NCBI GenBank assembly: GCA_965226375.1
Contig: CBDDCX010000008.1
Location: 1,376,001 to 1,440,000 of the forward strand
DNA from: Longimicrobiales bacterium
GTDB taxonomy: Bacteria > Gemmatimonadota > Gemmatimonadetes > Longimicrobiales > Gaopeijiaceae
Direction of reading: 5' to 3'
DNA length: 64,000 nt
The position numbers and the translations under genes are program-made. The notes under the pieces are model-generated. The model ran no database searches and was not told where the DNA came from. It was given only the letters and a program-made list of their open reading frames with translations. How positions within the stretch are numbered: the stretch's first letter is position 1; the number at the start of each line of letters is the position of its first letter. Positions 59,804 through 64,000 of the stretch are shown here, one piece after another.

Positions 59804-60253
59804 ATGTTGGGACTGCGAGAGAGAATGGCAGAGAATGGTAGTGCCCCTGGAACCGGGGAGGCCAAGCGAAGCGCGGCAGCTCCTGCGGACCCGGAGGTAG
59901 TAGATAGGCCGCTACGGCGGCGGTTCAGTCCGTCGTACAAGCTGCGGATCGTCGAAGAAGCGGACCGGTGCACCGAGCCCGGCGAGGTGGGTCAAGTCCT
60001 GCGGCGAGAGGGCCTGTACTCGTCGCACCTGACGACGTGGCGCAAGGCGGCGCATAGCGGGTCGCTGAAGGCCCTGTCGAAGAAACGCGGCCGCAAGCCG
60101 GAGCGAAATCCGCTGGATGAGAAGGTACGCAAGCTGGAGCGGCGAAACGCACGGCTCGAGAATGAGCTCAGGAAGGCACACCTGATCATCGACGTGCAGG
60201 GAAAAGTTGCGGGGCTGCTGGGGATAAGCCTCGACGACGGGACAAACTCTTGA
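59804..60253 (+). CDS. IS3-type transposase OrfA
   Basis: RRRFSPSYKLRIV, LRREGLYSSHLTTWR HTH; C-terminal coiled coil. Confidence 0.9.
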   Translation: MLGLRERMAENGSAPGTGEAKRSAAAPADPEVVDRPLRRRFSPSYKLRIVEEADRCTEPGEVGQVLRREGLYSSHLTTWRKAAHSGSLKALSKKRGRKPERNPLDEKVRKLERRNARLENELRKAHLIIDVQGKVAGLLGISLDDGTNS

Positions 60254-61257
60254 AGGCGGCCGATGAGCTGGCTAAGCACGTCGGTGTAAAACCGGCGTGC
60301 GCGGCCCTCGAGGTCTCCCGATCGACGTTGTACCGTCGTCGAGGCCCATCAACCGGGCAACAGCAGCCCCGCCCGACGCCCGCCCGGGCATTGAGCGAGA
60401 CGGAACGAGGCGAGGTCTTCGACACGCTGTGTTCGGAGCGGTTCGTGGACCGCTCACCCGCCGAGGTGGTGGCCACGCTGCTCGACGAAGAGGTCTACCT
60501 GTGCAGCGAACGCACGATGTATCGTGTTCTGGCCTCCGAGGTGCCGGTTCAGGAACGCCGGGCGCAGCGCACCCATCCCGAGTACAAGAAGCCCGAGTTG
60601 ATGGCCACGGCGCCGAACCAGGTGTGGTCCTGGGATATCACGCGGCTGCTCGGGCCGAAGAAGTGGAGCTATTACTACCTCTACGTCATCATGGACATCT
60701 ACAGCCGCTACGTCGTGGGCTGGATGGTGGCGGACCGGGAGAACTCGGCCCTGGCCGGCCGGTTGATCCAGCAGAGCTGCCTGAAGCATGGCGTCCAGCC
60801 CCGGGTCCTGACCCTGCACTCGGATCGGGGAGCTCCAATGACGAGCCAATGCACCGCTCAACTTCTCGCTGACCTCGGCGTGACCCGCTCGTTGAGCCGG
60901 CCTCAGGTGTCGGATGACAACCCGTTTTCCGAGGCTCAGTTCAAAACCTTGAAGTACCATCCCTCGTTTCCCGGACGGTTCGGGGATCAGGGCCAAGCCA
61001 AGACGTTCTGTCGATCGTTCTTCCGCTGGTACAATGCCGAGCACCGCCATGGCGGCATCTCGATGCTAACCCCCGAGCAGGTCCACTTCGGGAACGCCGA
61101 TCAGGTCATTGCCGGCAGGAAATCCGTGCTCCGCGAAGCATGGGCCGCTCATCCCGAACGCTTCGTCAGAGGTGTGCCGAAGCCCAAACCGCTCCCGGAG
61201 GCCGTCTTCATCAATCCTCCCATCCCTTCCCTCACCACACAGGACATTGCTCTCTAA
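60250..61257 (+). CDS. IS3-type transposase OrfB (DDE integrase core)
   Basis: PNQVWSWDIT, DIYSRYVVGW, HSDRG, DNPFSEAQFKTLK, WYN..HRH. Confidence 0.93.
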   Translation: MKAADELAKHVGVKPACAALEVSRSTLYRRRGPSTGQQQPRPTPARALSETERGEVFDTLCSERFVDRSPAEVVATLLDEEVYLCSERTMYRVLASEVPVQERRAQRTHPEYKKPELMATAPNQVWSWDITRLLGPKKWSYYYLYVIMDIYSRYVVGWMVADRENSALAGRLIQQSCLKHGVQPRVLTLHSDRGAPMTSQCTAQLLADLGVTRSLSRPQVSDDNPFSEAQFKTLKYHPSFPGRFGDQGQAKTFCRSFFRWYNAEHRHGGISMLTPEQVHFGNADQVIAGRKSVLREAWAAHPERFVRGVPKPKPLPEAVFINPPIPSLTTQDIAL

Positions 61258-61296
61258 TTAATCCCGTAGAGTGTCCCATTGTCGTTGACAGGTTCC

Positions 61297-61332
61297 GGGG
61301 CGCGCGACCCGCGCCTTCGGCGCGGGTGCCCC
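61297..61332. terminator. GC-rich hairpin at IS insertion site between convergent genes
   Basis: ACCCGCGCC-TTC-GGCGCGGGT with outer GGGGC/GCCCC. Confidence 0.5.
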
Positions 61333-61363
61333 GGGTCTTGCGAGGCTCAGACCAGGAGCGACG

Positions 61364-61702
61364 CTAGACCGCACAGTGAACCTCGAGTAAGAGTCTTCGC
61401 CAGGTCGGTACTTCCGAGCCGTGGATCTTTATGGCCCGGGCATCCGCCCCCCCACCCTGGAGGAGCCACGGTGCTAACCAGGCACTGATCTCCGAAGGTA
61501 GGTGCCCCAGTAGATCCCCCCCCTCGCGGTGCACCCAGACTTCCGGGGCTTCCTGGTCCGGATGGTCGGGGATGAGGTAAAGGGAGGCACCGGTCTTCAG
61601 ACCGTGCAGATGTCTATCACGGCCGGCGAACACCATTCCGTGAACGGTCGCCCTGAACCGTTGCGGCCGTCCCCGTGGGAACGGGGGTCGAATACCTGTC
61701 AT
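61364..61702 (-). CDS. stand-alone HIRAN-domain-like protein
   Basis: VHG..F..R, L.L.PD.P, AV-like WVH..GG..LGHLP..I..WLAP. Confidence 0.7.
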   Translation of the reverse strand: MTGIRPPFPRGRPQRFRATVHGMVFAGRDRHLHGLKTGASLYLIPDHPDQEAPEVWVHREGGDLLGHLPSEISAWLAPWLLQGGGADARAIKIHGSEVPTWRRLLLEVHCAV

Positions 61703-61821
61703 CTGAGTCCAGTGCTCGTGTCAAGGTTCACCACCCGGAGCGCATTGGGTATGTTGTCGAAGATACGCGGAAGTCCCGGTCCGTCGAAACGGCCCTCCCC
61801 GCTTTCACCCCATGTGAACGT

Positions 61822-62973
61822 ATGCAACCGATCTACCTGGACAATGCGGCCACAACCCCGCTGCGAGATGAGGTGCGGGACGCGATGCTCCCGATCCTCC
61901 AGGAGGATTTCGGGAATCCGTCTAGTGCTCACACGTGGGGCCGTCGTGCGTCCGCTCGCTTGGAGGAGGCCCGCGAGCGGCTAGCGGAAGCGGTGGGAGC
62001 CAGCCGAGGTGAGATCTACTTTGTCCGTGGCGGCACAGAGTCGGACAACCTGGCGATTCTCGGCCGAGCCGCGGCAGTACGAGCCGACGGCGGATCCGAT
62101 CATGTCGTAACCACGGCCATCGAGCATCGCGCCGTACTCGAAGCGTCCGCCAAGGTGGCGGAGCGAGGTGGACGGTGCACCGTCCTCTCGGTCCAACCCG
62201 ACGGCACAGTCGATCTCGACGCTCTGGAGCGCGCCCTGCAGGATCGGCCCGCCGTAGTGTCGGTAATGACCGTCAACAACGAGGTGGGCCTCCACCTGCC
62301 CGTGGGGGAGCTTGCTGAGCGCGCTCGCGCAGCTGGAGTGAGTCTCCACACGGATGCGGTTCAGGCGATCGGCAAGGTCCCCGTGCGGGTGGACAAGGTG
62401 CCCGTCGACCTCCTCTCGCTGACGGCACACAAGATCTACGGTGCCAAGGGGACAGGGGTACTGTTCGTGCGGGAGGGGGTCGAAATCTCGCCGCTCATTT
62501 TTGGTGGCGGACAGGAACGCGCGCTACGGCCGGGAACGGAAGACGTGGCCGGCGCCGTCGGCATGTCCGTTGCGGTAGATCTGGCGGTACGCGAAAGGGA
62601 GCTCGAGGCCCCACGGCTGGGAGCGCTGAGGGACGACTTGCAGGTGCGCCTGACCGCTGGGCTGGAAGACCTCAGGGTGCACGGTGGCACGGCGCGGCGC
62701 GCTCCTCACATCCTAAACGTCGGCATCCCGGACGTGGATCCACAACTGCTGCTTGCCGGGCTGGACATGGAAGGCATCGCTGCCTCGGCCGGCTCTGCGT
62801 GCGAGAGCGGAGGCAAGGGAGGCAGTCATGTGCTCGAGGCCCTCTACGGCGCCATGGACAACATGGCGGCCCTGCGCTTCAGCGTCGGTCGCTCCACCAC
62901 CAGAGAAGACATCGTCCGCGTTGCAGAGACCACGTTCTCGGTAGTGGCCAGCATCCGAAGTCGGAAGGCGTAA
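61822..62973 (+). CDS. iscS: cysteine desulfurase (IscS/NifS group I)
   Basis: IYLDNAATTP, GNPSS.H, GGTESDN, HTDAVQA.GK, TAHKIYG.KG, SAGSAC; ATG 61822. Confidence 0.93.
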   Translation: MQPIYLDNAATTPLRDEVRDAMLPILQEDFGNPSSAHTWGRRASARLEEARERLAEAVGASRGEIYFVRGGTESDNLAILGRAAAVRADGGSDHVVTTAIEHRAVLEASAKVAERGGRCTVLSVQPDGTVDLDALERALQDRPAVVSVMTVNNEVGLHLPVGELAERARAAGVSLHTDAVQAIGKVPVRVDKVPVDLLSLTAHKIYGAKGTGVLFVREGVEISPLIFGGGQERALRPGTEDVAGAVGMSVAVDLAVRERELEAPRLGALRDDLQVRLTAGLEDLRVHGGTARRAPHILNVGIPDVDPQLLLAGLDMEGIAASAGSACESGGKGGSHVLEALYGAMDNMAALRFSVGRSTTREDIVRVAETTFSVVASIRSRKA

Positions 62974-62975
62974 CA

Positions 62976-64000
62976 GTGAAGGGCAAGCGTATCCTGGTCG
63001 CCATGTCGGGCGGCGTGGACTCGTCGCTCGCGGCAGCCTTGTTGGTTGAGGCGGGGCACGATGTCGTGGGTGCCACCATGAAGACGTTCTGCTACTCGGG
63101 CGACGGCGCGTCGTCGAAGACGTGCTGCGGGCTGGATGGTATCCAGGACGCTCGCAGGGTGGCCGACACTCTGGGAGTCCCACACTACGTCTTCGACGTC
63201 GAAGAGGACTTCACCCGGGACGTCATCGACGACTTCGTTTCAGAGTACGCCCGCGGCCGCACACCTAATCCATGTGTGCGCTGTAACTCCAATACGAAGT
63301 TCCTGGATCTGATGGCACGAGGGCGGGCGCTGGGGTGCGACGGTATTGCATCGGGACACTATGTCCGGATCGAGCATACGCACGCGGGCAAATCGACGCT
63401 TTTGCGGGGGATCGACAGCGGCAAAGACCAGTCGTACTTCCTCTGGGGACTTCCGAAGGACATGCTGCCATTGCTCCACTTTCCTCTCGGGGACCTCACC
63501 AAGCCTCAGGTGCGCGAAATGGCCCGAGAGCTCGGCCTCGCGACCGCGGACAAGCCCGAATCGCAAGAAATCTGTTTCGTTCCGACGGGGGACTACAGGG
63601 ATCTCTTGAGTAAGCGGCTCGAGTCTCGGCACCCGGCTCTGGAGCCGGGCCTATTGGTCTCGCCCGGTGGAGACATCCTGGGGGAGCACACCGGCTACGC
63701 CAACTTCACCGTGGGGCAGCGCAAAGGCCTGGGTGGCGGGTTCGAAGAGCCCCGCTTCGTCATCGAGATCCGCGCTGACGCTCGAGAAGTGGTCGTGGGT
63801 AGTCGTGACGAATGTGTCTCTCCGGGAGTCGAGGTCGGAGAGGTCAACTGGCTGGAAAGTCCTCTTACCCCAGGCTCACGCGTCCGGGTGCAGATCAGGT
63901 ACCGCGCAGCCGATGTGCCGGCCCTGGCCGTCTCCGTCGGGAACAGTGTGGCGCTCGCCTTCGACGAGCCACAGCACGCGGTGACGCCAGGACAATCCGC
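62976..64000 (+). CDS. mnmA: tRNA 2-thiouridine synthase MnmA (runs off window)
   Basis: Not in ORF track; GTG 62976 gives VAMSGGVDSS, TCCG, GRTPNPCVRCN, SGHY, KDQSYFL, SQEICF, TVGQRKGLG, VTPGQS. Confidence 0.96.
   Translation, partial: MKGKRILVAMSGGVDSSLAAALLVEAGHDVVGATMKTFCYSGDGASSKTCCGLDGIQDARRVADTLGVPHYVFDVEEDFTRDVIDDFVSEYARGRTPNPCVRCNSNTKFLDLMARGRALGCDGIASGHYVRIEHTHAGKSTLLRGIDSGKDQSYFLWGLPKDMLPLLHFPLGDLTKPQVREMARELGLATADKPESQEICFVPTGDYRDLLSKRLESRHPALEPGLLVSPGGDILGEHTGYANFTVGQRKGLGGGFEEPRFVIEIRADAREVVVGSRDECVSPGVEVGEVNWLESPLTPGSRVRVQIRYRAADVPALAVSVGNSVALAFDEPQHAVTPGQS

Larger units (their letters stand above)
59732..61296 (+). mobile_element. IS3-family insertion sequence (~1.56 kb)
   Basis: orfA/orfB; imperfect IRs TGCCAACG..TGAGACAC (from 59738) and GTGTCCCA..CGTTGACA (to 61290); GGGGC direct repeats at 59727-59731 and 61297-61301. 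Confidence 0.9.

Overview
GC-rich bacterial core-genome window. Gene order and protein types suggest Gemmatimonadota, possibly Longimicrobiales-like (inference). It carries two translation clusters: rimP-nusA-L7Ae-infB-DUF503-rbfA-truB and rplM-rpsI-rpsB-tsf-pyrH-frr-uppS-cdsA-dxr-rseP. Other housekeeping genes are murA, gatCAB, uvrD/pcrA, serS, a sigma-70 factor, lepB, comM, split pntA1-A2-B, bshB1, cysteine desulfurase and mnmA. There is one intact IS3-type element, and I saw no tRNA, rRNA or CRISPR. The most interesting accessory modules are: (i) a PTS-EIIA / PII-like / cation:H+ antiporter operon behind a structured leader; (ii) a 1374-aa membrane histidine kinase - RsbRD-N - aromatic amino acid decarboxylase unit that overlaps head-to-head with a degenerate creatininase; (iii) a TolC-MFP-MacB-MacB efflux operon with no ATPase gene. 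Sequence-level oddities include a candidate ~156-nt RNA downstream of murA, a Cys-to-Asp MurA, apparent ATA (comM) and CTG (uvrD) starts, a C8-frameshifted metalloprotease, a 16-bp duplication that separates two convergent stop codons, and IS ends offset 6 nt from a GGGGC direct repeat. Product calls come from motif recognition only; no searches were run.
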